Assembly (NCBI GenBank): GCA_038147085.1
Contig: JAYQSV010000001.1
Location: forward strand, 608,841-672,840
Source: Candidatus Actinomarina sp.
GTDB taxonomy: Bacteria > Actinomycetota > Acidimicrobiia > Actinomarinales > Actinomarinaceae
Direction of reading: 5' to 3'
Length of the DNA stretch: 64,000 nt
Positions 31,504 through 41,462 of this stretch are shown one piece after another. A model generated the notes under the pieces. It made no database searches. It was not told the origin of the DNA and saw only the letters and a program-made list of their open reading frames with translations. Made by a program: the position numbers and the translations under genes. Each line of letters opens with the position of its first letter. Position 1 is the first letter of the stretch.

Positions 31504-33433
31504 TTATATCAAAAATAGGTTCTTTAAGTTGTTCGTGAATAATATTTAATGCTTCAGAAACTTTTACATCTTTCATGTTTTCATCATTGTAGATATTAAG
31601 AGCCAATGTTTCATTCTTAACATCATTAGAGCCAATTATTAATTGTATTGGAGTTTTATTCTTCTCAGATAAATGTATTTTCTCCCCTAATCTAATATTC
31701 CTATTGTCTACATTTATCCTATATCCGCTTAGTTCATTTTTAATCTTTTCTATGTATTCACCAACATCACCAATTGTAAGTATGTCAATTTGAACTGGTG
31801 ACAACCATCCAGGTAAATGTCCTGCGTAATGTTCAAGCAAAACTCCAGTGAATCTTTCAACTGATCCAAGCAAGGCTCTGTGTATCATTACAGGTCTAAC
31901 TTTTTCATTATTTTGGTTTACGAATTCAACATCAAAATTATCAGGTTGTGCAAAATCAATTTGTATTGTTGAAAGTTGCCACCTTCTTCCTATTGCATCT
32001 TTTGCATGAAGATCAATTTTAGGTCCATAAAAAGCTCCTTCGCCTTCAGCTGTTATAAAGGGAATTTCTAATTCAGTTAATGAGTTTTTTAGACTTTCAG
32101 TAGCAACATTCCAATCACTTTCATTTCCAATATATTTTTTAGGTCTTGTTGATAGATCGGCTTCTATATCTGTTAGTCCAAAACTTTTAAGTAATTGTAT
32201 TGAGAATTTAAGTAGAGTTTTAACTTCTTCATTAATTTGATCATTAGAACAAAAGATATGAGCATCATCTTGAGTGAAACCTCTTAATCTTAATAAACCG
32301 TGTAAAACACCTGTTTTTTCATATCTATAAACTGATCCAAACTCAAAATATCTCAATGGTAGCTCTCTGTATGAGTGAATATCACTTTTATAAACAAGAA
32401 TATGGAAAGGACAGTTCATTGGTTTTAGATAGTATGTTTCATTATTTTCAATATGTTCTAAAGGTGGATACATATTTTCTTTATAATGTTTTAAATGACC
32501 AGAAGTCTCCCATAGAATTGATCGACCAATATGTGGAGTATTTACTAAATTATAACCATTGTTTAAATGCGCTTTTTTACTATATGACTCAATAAGATCT
32601 CTTAATATTGCGCCTTTGGGTTTCCATAAAAAATTACCTGAACCTAGTTCGGTTGCACTGGTAAATAAATTTAATTCATTACCAATTTTTCTATGGTCTC
32701 TTTTCTCAGCTTCCTCTTGTTGAATTACATATTTATCTAAGTCATCTTTTGAAAACCATGCTGTACCATATATTCTCTGAAGTTGTGGATTATTTTCATC
32801 TCCTCTCCAATACGCTCCTCCAAGTTTCGTAAGTTTAAAATGTTTTAAAAAATTGGTGTTTGGTACATGTGGACCCATACATAAATCAATAAATGAGTCG
32901 TTAGAGTATGTAGAGACAATATCATTCTCAACACCTTCTGAAGATTCAGCTGAATCAATCAACTCTAATTTGAATGGATGCTTATTAAATATTTTTTTTG
33001 CTTCTTCTTTTGATAATGTTTTACGAATAAATTCTTGTTTACTTTGTGCTATTCGTAACATTTCTTTTTCTACATTTTCTAATTCAACTTCACTAATTGG
33101 ATCAATAAATTTAAAGTCATAATAAAAACCATTTTCAATACTTGGACCTACTCCGTAAGTGGTTCCAGGGTATAAATTAAGCACTGCTTGAGCTAATATA
33201 TGTGCTGCGGAATGTCTTAAAATATGAAGTGCATCTAAATCTTTTACAGTAACAATTCTTACTTTTGCATCAGTAGTAAATTTATATGACAAATCGTAAA
33301 ATTTGTTATTAACTTCAATACAAACTGAGTCTTTTAATAAGCCTCTTGAAATATCTGAAGCAATTTCAAAACCATCAACTGGCTCGCTGTAGTTTTTAAC
33401 TGTTCCATCTGTTAATGTTATGTTAATTGTCAT
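31496..33433 (-). CDS. thrS: Threonine-tRNA ligase
   Basis: RHSAAH, DLCMGPH, RDHRKIG, KPMNCP, GFTQDDAH and HRALLGS.ERF. Confidence 0.99.
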   Translation of the reverse strand: MTINITLTDGTVKNYSEPVDGFEIASDISRGLLKDSVCIEVNNKFYDLSYKFTTDAKVRIVTVKDLDALHILRHSAAHILAQAVLNLYPGTTYGVGPSIENGFYYDFKFIDPISEVELENVEKEMLRIAQSKQEFIRKTLSKEEAKKIFNKHPFKLELIDSAESSEGVENDIVSTYSNDSFIDLCMGPHVPNTNFLKHFKLTKLGGAYWRGDENNPQLQRIYGTAWFSKDDLDKYVIQQEEAEKRDHRKIGNELNLFTSATELGSGNFLWKPKGAILRDLIESYSKKAHLNNGYNLVNTPHIGRSILWETSGHLKHYKENMYPPLEHIENNETYYLKPMNCPFHILVYKSDIHSYRELPLRYFEFGSVYRYEKTGVLHGLLRLRGFTQDDAHIFCSNDQINEEVKTLLKFSIQLLKSFGLTDIEADLSTRPKKYIGNESDWNVATESLKNSLTELEIPFITAEGEGAFYGPKIDLHAKDAIGRRWQLSTIQIDFAQPDNFDVEFVNQNNEKVRPVMIHRALLGSVERFTGVLLEHYAGHLPGWLSPVQIDILTIGDVGEYIEKIKNELSGYRINVDNRNIRLGEKIHLSEKNKTPIQLIIGSNDVKNETLALNIYNDENMKDVKVSEALNIIHEQLKEPIFDING

Positions 33434-33507
33434 ACTCTTTATGTTAATTTAATAGTGACAAATTACTATTTTGCGAAAAGAATAATAATTTTTAATAGAA
33501 TTAATAT

Positions 33508-34086
33508 ATGAAAAATACTGAAATAATACTTGATAATAAATCTATTGAGATTTTGTTTAAGAATATTAGTAGTAGTTTTATTACAAAATTAACTTATAAG
33601 TTCATTAATGACTATCAACTGATACTTGTTAATGTTTCTTTTGAAAGTAAAGATAATAAGTCAATTTCTACTGTCGGTATTAGATCTGTAAATATATATA
33701 CATTAAATAAAAAAGCATTAACACTCATTAGAAAATTCGCAGAATCAGATCCACTATATTTCAAAAATAAAACAAATAATGCGAAATTTAATTCCTTAAA
33801 CATTAACAAAGTAACTAAAGCAATTAAAAATCGTTCTTTTAAAACAAGAGATGAATTTTTAGTTTTATATGCATATCTTTATATTTTCATTTTCGAAACA
33901 ACAAACATTAACATATCATCTACTCTTTCGATAAAAACTGGATACAGTCAGTCTTATATCAAAACATTAAACAAAGAAATAAATCCAAAGTATCTAAAAA
34001 ATTCAACAAAAGGAATATCTGGAGGTATATTCACAGATAAAACTTTAAAATATATTAACTCTCTGAAATTTCAACAGTACTTATAA
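33508..34086 (+). CDS. Hypothetical protein with a possible C-terminal helix-turn-helix
   Basis: 192-aa ORF divergent from thrS with TAGAAT-N6-ATG. The C-terminus LSIKTGYSQSYIKTL...YLKNSTKGISGGIFTDK looks HTH-like. Confidence 0.6.
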   Translation: MKNTEIILDNKSIEILFKNISSSFITKLTYKFINDYQLILVNVSFESKDNKSISTVGIRSVNIYTLNKKALTLIRKFAESDPLYFKNKTNNAKFNSLNINKVTKAIKNRSFKTRDEFLVLYAYLYIFIFETTNINISSTLSIKTGYSQSYIKTLNKEINPKYLKNSTKGISGGIFTDKTLKYINSLKFQQYL

Positions 34087-34687
34087 TTACGTCTTCTAAA
34101 GGTCTATCGCTAGAATCAGTTTCTACTGAAGCTATCTTATCAACCACATCTAGACCATCTACAACTTTACCAAATATTGTGTAATTATATGGTAACGGGT
34201 AGTCAACGTGCATAATAAAAAATTGACTTCCATTGGTATTAGGTCCTCTATTAGCCATAGCAAGAATTCCTTTTGAATAAGGAATTTGATTATTTAATTC
34301 ATCTTCAAATTCATATCCTGGAAATTTACCATACTCACCATGTCCAGTGCCAGATGGATCGCCACCTTGAATCATAAATCCAGATATAACTCTATGAAAA
34401 ATAACACTGTCATAGTAACCATCGTTTGATAGTGTGATGAAGTTATTTACAGTTTTTGGAGCATCGTTTGTAAAAAATTCAACTTTAATATCTCCATAAT
34501 TAGTTTTAATTAAAGCTGTGTAATTTTTAGAAACATCAATAGTCATTGGATGTTCAGAATTGTAAGTTTTATTATTCATATTAACTCCTATCGTTGTTGT
34601 ATCATTTTCAACTATCTCTAAAGCTGGTTCTTCAACTTCACTGCTACAAGCAATAAAAATAATTAAAAAACAGAGTACTTTTTTCAT
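34055..34687 (-). CDS. Cyclophilin-type peptidyl-prolyl isomerase, lipoprotein
   Basis: Lipobox-like FIAC; APKTVNNF, FHRVI.GFMIQGGD and NGSQFFI. Confidence 0.95.
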   Translation of the reverse strand: MKKVLCFLIIFIACSSEVEEPALEIVENDTTTIGVNMNNKTYNSEHPMTIDVSKNYTALIKTNYGDIKVEFFTNDAPKTVNNFITLSNDGYYDSVIFHRVISGFMIQGGDPSGTGHGEYGKFPGYEFEDELNNQIPYSKGILAMANRGPNTNGSQFFIMHVDYPLPYNYTIFGKVVDGLDVVDKIASVETDSSDRPLEDVIISTVEISES

Positions 34688-34723
34688 ATTTAATCTTTAT
34701 AACTATAACATCATGTAAATTAA

Positions 34724-35101
34724 TTACTTAATTTTTTGGAGTCTAACTTTCGATACAGCACATAGATTTTCATGATTATATATTTTGCATTCCCATAATT
34801 GATATGATTTTCCTTTAGATATAGGTTTTGCTTCACATATAAGTTCACCTTCTTGAGCACTTTTTAAAAAATCAGTATTGTTATTTACTCCTACAAATAA
34901 ACCTCCTGCTTCATATGTTGCTCCATAAGAACATATAGTTTCGGCAAGAGAAGCATACGTTCCACCATGCACTAAACCCATTGGTTGTTTGTGTTTATCT
35001 TGAATTATTAGTTTTGACTTAACAAAATCTTTCTTTATTTCTAATAACTCATGTCCTAAATGATGATCTAGAGTGTTAATAGGAAATTTAGTTAAATCCA
35101 T
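34724..35101 (-). CDS. PaaI/hotdog-fold thioesterase
   Basis: HKQPMGLVHGG.YASLAE. Confidence 0.9.
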   Translation of the reverse strand: MDLTKFPINTLDHHLGHELLEIKKDFVKSKLIIQDKHKQPMGLVHGGTYASLAETICSYGATYEAGGLFVGVNNNTDFLKSAQEGELICEAKPISKGKSYQLWECKIYNHENLCAVSKVRLQKIK

Positions 35102-35666
35102 TTTTATATACCTCTGTTAATCTTTCTTCACCAGTATTTCTAACAAACCACCAGTATCCAATTATAAAAGTACCAAATAAAATAGCTATTGATAAATATG
35201 TAAAGTACTTATTTCCTATGAAAAAATAAATGTTATATAAGGAATAAAAATAAAACGAAACTCCGAAAAATGTTATAAATAATGTAACAAAACTAAACCA
35301 AGAAAAATCTTTTCCAATCTTAGCTACAACAATTTTTTTATCATTTATTGGAAAGAAGTATTTGTTTTCAAGTTTATGAGTTACATATACTGTTTTTCCT
35401 GACAGATTATTTATTTTTTTTTCAATAAATTCGGAATAATGTCTAGAAAAAATTAAATAATATGCATGAAAAGCTAACAATACACTTCCAAAAATAGAAG
35501 TTAAATTTATTAGGTAGTGTGAGAAATAGTTATCAAAAGATAAATAAAATAATAAAAGAGTTAAAACAAAAAATATTCTCACATCTATTAAGAACTGATG
35601 GTGGTAAAACCTGTTCATACCTCTCATTCGAGTAAGTTGTTTTTCAAGTAATTTAATTTCTTCCAT
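35088..35666 (-). CDS. Hypothetical membrane protein (about 4 TMs)
   Basis: 192-aa ORF with hydrophobic segments; coupled to the thioesterase gene. Confidence 0.75.
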   Translation of the reverse strand: MEEIKLLEKQLTRMRGMNRFYHHQFLIDVRIFFVLTLLLFYLSFDNYFSHYLINLTSIFGSVLLAFHAYYLIFSRHYSEFIEKKINNLSGKTVYVTHKLENKYFFPINDKKIVVAKIGKDFSWFSFVTLFITFFGVSFYFYSLYNIYFFIGNKYFTYLSIAILFGTFIIGYWWFVRNTGEERLTEVYKNGFN

Positions 35667-35687
35667 TTATTAAAGTGTATTTAGATT

Positions 35688-36062
35688 ATGAATAATAAAA
35701 ATAAATTTATTAATTTTTTAATTGCATTATTTATTTTTTCAATTTTTTACTTATTTAGCGATGTAATTATACGATATGAAGGTGTATCACTTAGAGAATT
35801 TAAAGAGTTTGAATTAAACTGCGGTTCTGTTGTTGATATTTTAATTTATAAAGATCAATATATTGGTAACAGTAGTCTTAGAATGAATGCTTCAGTTTGT
35901 TATAATTTAGCATTACTTAAAGTATTAAATACATCACTTCTCTTGATATTTATAACTATCTCGTTATATTTTGGTTTTAAATACTTTAAAAATAAAAGTA
36001 ATAGAGAAGACTTAACTGATCTAATCAATATATTAAAAAAACGAAATAAACAATCGCTATAA
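35688..36062 (+). CDS. Hypothetical membrane protein (two TMs flanking a loop with 2 Cys)
   Basis: TM-LNCGS...SVC-TM architecture. Confidence 0.65.
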   Translation: MNNKNKFINFLIALFIFSIFYLFSDVIIRYEGVSLREFKEFELNCGSVVDILIYKDQYIGNSSLRMNASVCYNLALLKVLNTSLLLIFITISLYFGFKYFKNKSNREDLTDLINILKKRNKQSL

Positions 36063-36069
36063 TAAAGAC

Positions 36070-37011
36070 ATGAAAATTGGTGGTTTTGTTCCTCAGGGTT
36101 GGCGAATGGATCTTAATGGAATCCCTTTAGAAAAACAATGGAACACAATTATTGATTCTGCTAATAAATTAGAAAATTTAAATTATGAATCTGTTTGGGT
36201 TTATGATCACTTTCATACAGTTCCTAAACCTACACAAGACCCGACTTATGAATGCTGGACACTCATGTCTGCCTTATCACAAACAACTTCAAAAGTAAGA
36301 CTTGGGCAAATGTGTACTTGTAACTCTTATAGAAATCCAGCATATTTAACAAAAGTTGCATCGAATATAGATGTAATGTCAGGTGGACGTTTAGAATACG
36401 CAATTGGTGCCGGTTGGTATGATCATGAATATAAAGCATATGGTTACGAATATCCTTCAGATGGAGAGCGTCTTAAAATGTTAGAAGAATCCTTAATTAT
36501 ATACAAATTAATGACAACTGAGGATTTACCTGAATATAAAGGTAAATATTATTCTATTTCTGGTGCTATAAATCAACCAAAACCAATACAAAAACCTTAT
36601 CCTCCATTATGGGTTTGTGGTGGAGGAGAAAAAGTAACACTTAAATTATTAGCCAAATATGGTGATTATGGAAACTGGGATGTAGATGTTGCTGGATTCA
36701 AACATAAATCTGAGGTACTAAAACAACACTGTGAAGATCAAAATAGAAATTATGAATCTATTGGAAGAACATTACATACAAATGTAGTAATCGGTGAAGA
36801 TAAAGCTGATTTAGACAATAAAATCAAAAAACTAGCGTCATATTCAAATATTCCTGAAGACTATTTTTATAAGAGGCCTTTAATTGGTACTAAAGAACAA
36901 GTTTTCGATAAAATCGATGAATATGAAGCAGAAGGTTGTTCATATTTGATTGCTTATATTCCAGATATTGTTTGGGGTAATACAGCTGAGATTCTTTCTG
37001 AAAAAATTTAA
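36070..37011 (+). CDS. LLM-class (probably F420-dependent) oxidoreductase
   Basis: PQGWRMDL, WVYDHF, YRNPAYL.K, GAGWY..E and GGGEKVTL. Confidence 0.92.
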   Translation: MKIGGFVPQGWRMDLNGIPLEKQWNTIIDSANKLENLNYESVWVYDHFHTVPKPTQDPTYECWTLMSALSQTTSKVRLGQMCTCNSYRNPAYLTKVASNIDVMSGGRLEYAIGAGWYDHEYKAYGYEYPSDGERLKMLEESLIIYKLMTTEDLPEYKGKYYSISGAINQPKPIQKPYPPLWVCGGGEKVTLKLLAKYGDYGNWDVDVAGFKHKSEVLKQHCEDQNRNYESIGRTLHTNVVIGEDKADLDNKIKKLASYSNIPEDYFYKRPLIGTKEQVFDKIDEYEAEGCSYLIAYIPDIVWGNTAEILSEKI

Positions 37012-37838
37012 TACATTGTTTGCTGGTCTATTTTCCCATTCGCTCTAGCTCTGTAAAAAGATATTGAATAAATCATATACCCAAAAATTGAAAATATTAT
37101 TCCTGTACTAAGCAGCGCTCCCCAATCGTATTCAACTGTTCTAAAATTTGGCGAAAGTGCAAATCTATATAAATTAATAAGATGTGATAAAGGTAAGTTT
37201 GTAGCTATTTTTTGAAATACTTCAGGTAAAATCTCTGGTCTAACAATTGACCCCGATATTAAATACAATACTCCAACCAAAGCTTCACCTACTCCAATGG
37301 GATATTTAGGTGTACTAAGTGTTATACCTGCTGTTAATAAACCAAGAAAAAACAAAATTATAAAGCTTAATACAACAGCTAAAAATAAATAATGAAAGTA
37401 TATGTTACTTAACTTTATGCCAAGATCTAAAAGTAAGTTTGAAGTTGTAAGAATTACTGTAAAACTAAATAAACCAAAAGGCAATCCTGCACTTGATCTT
37501 CCTGTTAAATAAACAATAAACGGAGTCGGACTAATTATTACATTTTTAATGTTTCTAAGCCATTCTCTCTCTGAAACTATTGCCCAATACATGAACTCAA
37601 CTTGATTTTGTACAAAACCCCATGTGCTGATACCTATTAAAACCCATATAAGATTTTCTTTTTGTGTACCTTGGGAAGTAATGCTGTACATAAAACTTAA
37701 AATTAATGCAGAAGAAATAGGTCTAGCAGTTCTAACTAATAAAACTGATAGTGGTTTACCCCAGTTAGTCTCTATTCTCCAACCTATTAAAAATGAGGAA
37801 TAAACACCTTTTTTTAAATTTCTATTTTTTATTGCCAT
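37008..37838 (-). CDS. ABC-2 type transporter permease
   Basis: Multi-TM, with WAIVSEREW and LPLSH; in the ABC operon. Confidence 0.88.
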   Translation of the reverse strand: MAIKNRNLKKGVYSSFLIGWRIETNWGKPLSVLLVRTARPISSALILSFMYSITSQGTQKENLIWVLIGISTWGFVQNQVEFMYWAIVSEREWLRNIKNVIISPTPFIVYLTGRSSAGLPFGLFSFTVILTTSNLLLDLGIKLSNIYFHYLFLAVVLSFIILFFLGLLTAGITLSTPKYPIGVGEALVGVLYLISGSIVRPEILPEVFQKIATNLPLSHLINLYRFALSPNFRTVEYDWGALLSTGIIFSIFGYMIYSISFYRARANGKIDQQTMY

Positions 37839-38647
37839 TTTAAAGTTAATGTTCCTTTTTCTCTAGCAGATTTCTCCATCCAAGCTAATGTAAATTTTGC
37901 AAACCTAAGAGCAACAACTGAATATGCAATCATAATTAATGTCTCTATTTTCCAATCTATAAATGTTGGGTATTCACTTAAAACAAGTACTTGTCTTAAA
38001 CCATCAATTCCAAGAGTTATTGGAATAATGCTACAAAATAGACCGAATATTACATTCACAGAAAAAATTGGATAATATGAACCGGATAAAAAGTGAATTG
38101 GTTCGTTTGCTAGTTCTAAATAGTATTCAAAACTTCTACCAAATCTTAGAAACAATGATGATAAGCTCATTCCTACTGCGTAAAGTGAGATCACGCAACT
38201 TATAAATATAAAAATAGCTTTATACCAATTAGACCACAAGAAAGTTGTTCCAAATAAATAAGAAGATATTGTAAAAACAGATATTGAATAGAGTGAAGTT
38301 GCTAATCCTCCTCCAAACATCATTCCAAGAAGTATCCATGATAATTTAGTTGGGCTAGTTATATATATCTCTAAATTTCCACCTTCTTTCTCCCAACGCA
38401 GTTGTAGTGCCATACCAAATACAACATTAAACCAGATAGCCATCATTGATCCACCAATTACAGCAAAAGATTCGAATTCAGGTTTGGCGTTAAAACCTCT
38501 TAAAACATAAATAAACGCAATTATTGAAAGTACAGGTAGTAAAATTTCAAAAAATATCCAAGATGGTTGTCTTATTGTTCCAAATATCCTCGGATAAGCT
38601 CGTCCATAAACTGTTCTTAATAAAAACTTAAAATTATATTTTTTCAA
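37829..38647 (-). CDS. ABC-2 type transporter permease
   Basis: Multi-TM, with WEKEGGNLE, FLSGSYYP and GIDGLRQ. Confidence 0.9.
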   Translation of the reverse strand: MKKYNFKFLLRTVYGRAYPRIFGTIRQPSWIFFEILLPVLSIIAFIYVLRGFNAKPEFESFAVIGGSMMAIWFNVVFGMALQLRWEKEGGNLEIYITSPTKLSWILLGMMFGGGLATSLYSISVFTISSYLFGTTFLWSNWYKAIFIFISCVISLYAVGMSLSSLFLRFGRSFEYYLELANEPIHFLSGSYYPIFSVNVIFGLFCSIIPITLGIDGLRQVLVLSEYPTFIDWKIETLIMIAYSVVALRFAKFTLAWMEKSAREKGTLTLKWQ

Positions 38648-39587
38648 TTAATTGTTTACCTGTTAAAGCTAGAAATGTGTCTTCTAAATTTGGTTTATGA
38701 AGTGCAATTGAAATAACATTTTCAAGTTCTTTAATTTGTTTAAAAATCAAAGAACTTTCATTTGAATCTTGAATCAATACTTCTATAGTTTTAGAATCTA
38801 TAAACTTAGTTTTCAAATTATCTATTGAAATATTTGTATCAATATTTTTTGAAAACTTAACTATATATTTAATATCGAAATTTGATTTATCTTTTAGGTA
38901 CTCTGAGCTTCCAGTATGAAGAATTTTACCTTCATCTATGATAGAAATTGTATCACATAAGTCTTCTGCCTCTTGCATGTAGTGAGTTGTTAGGAGAACT
39001 GTCCTATTTCCCTTTCCTTCCTCCATCCAAATTTTTAAATAACTTCTTACGTCTCTGGCTATTTCAACATCAAGACCTAAAGTAGGTTCATCAAGAAACA
39101 ATACTTCAGGATTGCTCATTAAACCTCTGACTAGATTCATTTTTTGTCTCATACCAGTTGATAATTCCGATAATTTTGTATCTTTTGAATCATTTAAACC
39201 TACAACTTCCATTAATGAATTTATATTATGTTTAGCCTCTTTATTAGAAAGTCCATTAAACATCGCAAACATCCATAATTGTTCGTAGACTGTCAATAAT
39301 CCATATCCTGACATTTCTCCACCAGCAACAAGTGATATCCTCCATCTAATATCATTAGCTTGATTTTTTACATCGTAACCTAGGACAGTAACTCTACCTT
39401 CAGATGGAAGTAAAAGAGTTGAAAAGATACGAATTAAAGTTGATTTACCTGCTCCATTAGGACCTAATAAACCGTAAAAGCTACCTTTTGGTATATTCAG
39501 ATTGACATTATCAAGTGCTATTTTGTCTGGCTTACCTTTTTTAAAATATCTTCTTGTTACAGACTCAGCTTGAACAGCATTATTCAT
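38634..39587 (-). CDS. ABC exporter ATP-binding protein (DrrA-like)
   Basis: GPNGAGKS, LSTGMRQ, FLDEPT and TTHYM. ATG at 39587 with GGAG SD; the longer GTG start runs through the leader hairpins. Confidence 0.95.
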   Translation of the reverse strand: MNNAVQAESVTRRYFKKGKPDKIALDNVNLNIPKGSFYGLLGPNGAGKSTLIRIFSTLLLPSEGRVTVLGYDVKNQANDIRWRISLVAGGEMSGYGLLTVYEQLWMFAMFNGLSNKEAKHNINSLMEVVGLNDSKDTKLSELSTGMRQKMNLVRGLMSNPEVLFLDEPTLGLDVEIARDVRSYLKIWMEEGKGNRTVLLTTHYMQEAEDLCDTISIIDEGKILHTGSSEYLKDKSNFDIKYIVKFSKNIDTNISIDNLKTKFIDSKTIEVLIQDSNESSLIFKQIKELENVISIALHKPNLEDTFLALTGKQLIEKI

Positions 39588-39597
39588 AAAAAACTCC

Positions 39598-39666
39598 AAA
39601 AAAAATGGAAGCCCCCGAAAAGAGGGCTTCCCAACAGGGCTGCGTATCACACTTAATTGAAACGCA
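39598..39666 (-). promoter_or_regulatory. Structured leader RNA with intrinsic terminator upstream of the ABC operon
   Basis: Hairpin 39641-39666 and a 10-bp stem GGAAGCCCTC-TTTTC-GGGGGCTTCC followed by A and T8. Extended -10 TGgTAATCT (hexamer 39672-39677). Confidence 0.65.
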
Positions 39667-39702
39667 ATATAAGATTACCATCACAAGCGGTGAAAAGTAA
39701 AG

Positions 39703-41460
39703 TTAATTATTAAAAGTTGGAGAATATGTAGAAGGAACTAAAGAAATCCATGGTTTTCCTGCAGGTATAAATATATTGTTACCATTCGAATCAACAATAT
39801 GAAATGGATCTAACTCTGAACCTCTTTTCCATTTAACATCTATGTATTTTCCACCATGCATAATTATTGCTCTGCCTTCACCTACAGTTTTGACTGAAGG
39901 TAATTGCAAAGGATGTATGTATGGTTCACAAAATAAAGCGATAACAGTAGTTGTAGAAATTTGTCCAGTGTTTCCGTTTGAATCTATCCAAAAATGTTCA
40001 TTATTGCTATTTGAATTTTTATAAGCATCATAATAAGTTCTAATATACTTAGAACCATTCCAAGTCCAAGTTGTCGTAGTTTGTCCAGAAAATTTTAAAG
40101 ATATAGAATTAAGATTTTTCCAAGAAGAAATATCGGGATTACCCCATGGAAAAAGAGCTTGTGGCGTATCTGTTTTTTTATAACCTTTAGCTACAGCAAG
40201 AGCTTTTAATAACCTAGTATCAGCGTATAAATTGTGCGGTGCACTTCTACTAGATATCCTAAAATACTCTGGTCTTCTATCAGTTATAACTGGAACTCCC
40301 ATTGCTTCAATTTCAGGTACTAATCCACTAGTTGCTCCACTAGCAACCAAAACTCCATTTAAAGGTCTAAGTACGGTAGGATCTGTTGGTCTTGCTGATC
40401 TAATTGGTCCATGGTAACTTGTATCTGATTCATAAAATAAATTAATAAATCGTGTCATGCCGCCTTCTACTAGAACTTCAACTACAGCATCGGCATTTTG
40501 TGGACCAGATTGTGGTCTAGCTCTAACGTTATTATCATTTTTTATGCCAATAACTATAGATTTATTCGCATTACTCGGCATAATTAGCCCATTTAGTGGA
40601 GAGTTTATACCTGGTGTATAATTTTGAGTCTTAACAGGACCTATTGTTACATATGTTTTTTCTTTTTCTAGAGACCATCTATCTCCTAAATATGCATCAA
40701 GTTCGTTTTGTGAATTAACTTGAGCTATTTTTCCAAATCTATAAACAAATACTGGGTAAAAACATGGATCTGGTTGCCATACACCAAAGTTGTCAACATA
40801 TCCAGGTACACAAGTTTTATTAGGATTATAATTTCTTAAATCTAGAGCAGAATTAGTAGAAGCGTTAGTATTGGTCGTATTTTCAGTAACAATAGTATTG
40901 TTTTCATCTGTTGAAGTATTTTGAACATAAGCATCGACTCCTTTATCTAAAGCTGCTTTTGTGTTTGGTCCGAGTACTCCATCAGTAATTAATCCTGATT
41001 TGGCTTGAAATGCTTTTAAAGCAGCTTTAGTACCTGGTCCGTCGATACCATCTACAACAGAAGTATAGAGACCTAATTCTTTCAATACTAGTTGTGCATC
41101 ATATAGTTCTTGGGAAAACTTATCATCATTATTTTCATTAGAATTCTCATTAACTACAAGCTGTGTTTTAGAATTTTTAATTATTTGAGATTTATTTAGT
41201 AAAAGAGTACAAGTTTCATTACCAATAATTCCATCAGGAGATAAATTATTTCTACCTTGAAATAAAATTAAAGCTTTCTTCGAATTTGGACCAAAATCTC
41301 CATCTATTTTTCCTTCATAGTAACCATAAGATTTAAGAACTATTTGCATCATAATATCACTTCGAACAGGGTGGTTAACTACATAATCATTGCATGAATT
41401 TAAATTAGACGTATAGCTTGTAAAATTAAAAAATAATAAACCTATTAGTAGATTTATCAA
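39703..41460 (-). CDS. Secreted protein with two peptidoglycan-binding domains plus a DUF3048 (YerB-like) domain
   Basis: PGBD motifs GKIDGDFGPNSKKAL..FQ and VDGIDGPGTKAALKAFQ; C-terminal KNDN...ARPQSG, VEGGMTR, GPIRSAR and APHNLY. Confidence 0.88.
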   Translation of the reverse strand: MINLLIGLLFFNFTSYTSNLNSCNDYVVNHPVRSDIMMQIVLKSYGYYEGKIDGDFGPNSKKALILFQGRNNLSPDGIIGNETCTLLLNKSQIIKNSKTQLVVNENSNENNDDKFSQELYDAQLVLKELGLYTSVVDGIDGPGTKAALKAFQAKSGLITDGVLGPNTKAALDKGVDAYVQNTSTDENNTIVTENTTNTNASTNSALDLRNYNPNKTCVPGYVDNFGVWQPDPCFYPVFVYRFGKIAQVNSQNELDAYLGDRWSLEKEKTYVTIGPVKTQNYTPGINSPLNGLIMPSNANKSIVIGIKNDNNVRARPQSGPQNADAVVEVLVEGGMTRFINLFYESDTSYHGPIRSARPTDPTVLRPLNGVLVASGATSGLVPEIEAMGVPVITDRRPEYFRISSRSAPHNLYADTRLLKALAVAKGYKKTDTPQALFPWGNPDISSWKNLNSISLKFSGQTTTTWTWNGSKYIRTYYDAYKNSNSNNEHFWIDSNGNTGQISTTTVIALFCEPYIHPLQLPSVKTVGEGRAIIMHGGKYIDVKWKRGSELDPFHIVDSNGNNIFIPAGKPWISLVPSTYSPTFNN

Positions 41461-41462
41461 AA

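Noticed and set aside
33434-33507. T-box or tRNA gene upstream of thrS
   Set aside because: The gap is only 74 bp of AT-rich sequence holding two divergent -10 elements, with no T-box or cloverleaf.
39588-39650. GTG-initiated N-terminal extension of the ABC ATPase (MIRSPVGKPSFRGLPFF)
   Set aside because: It is a translation of the leader hairpins; the ATG at 39587 has a GGAG SD.
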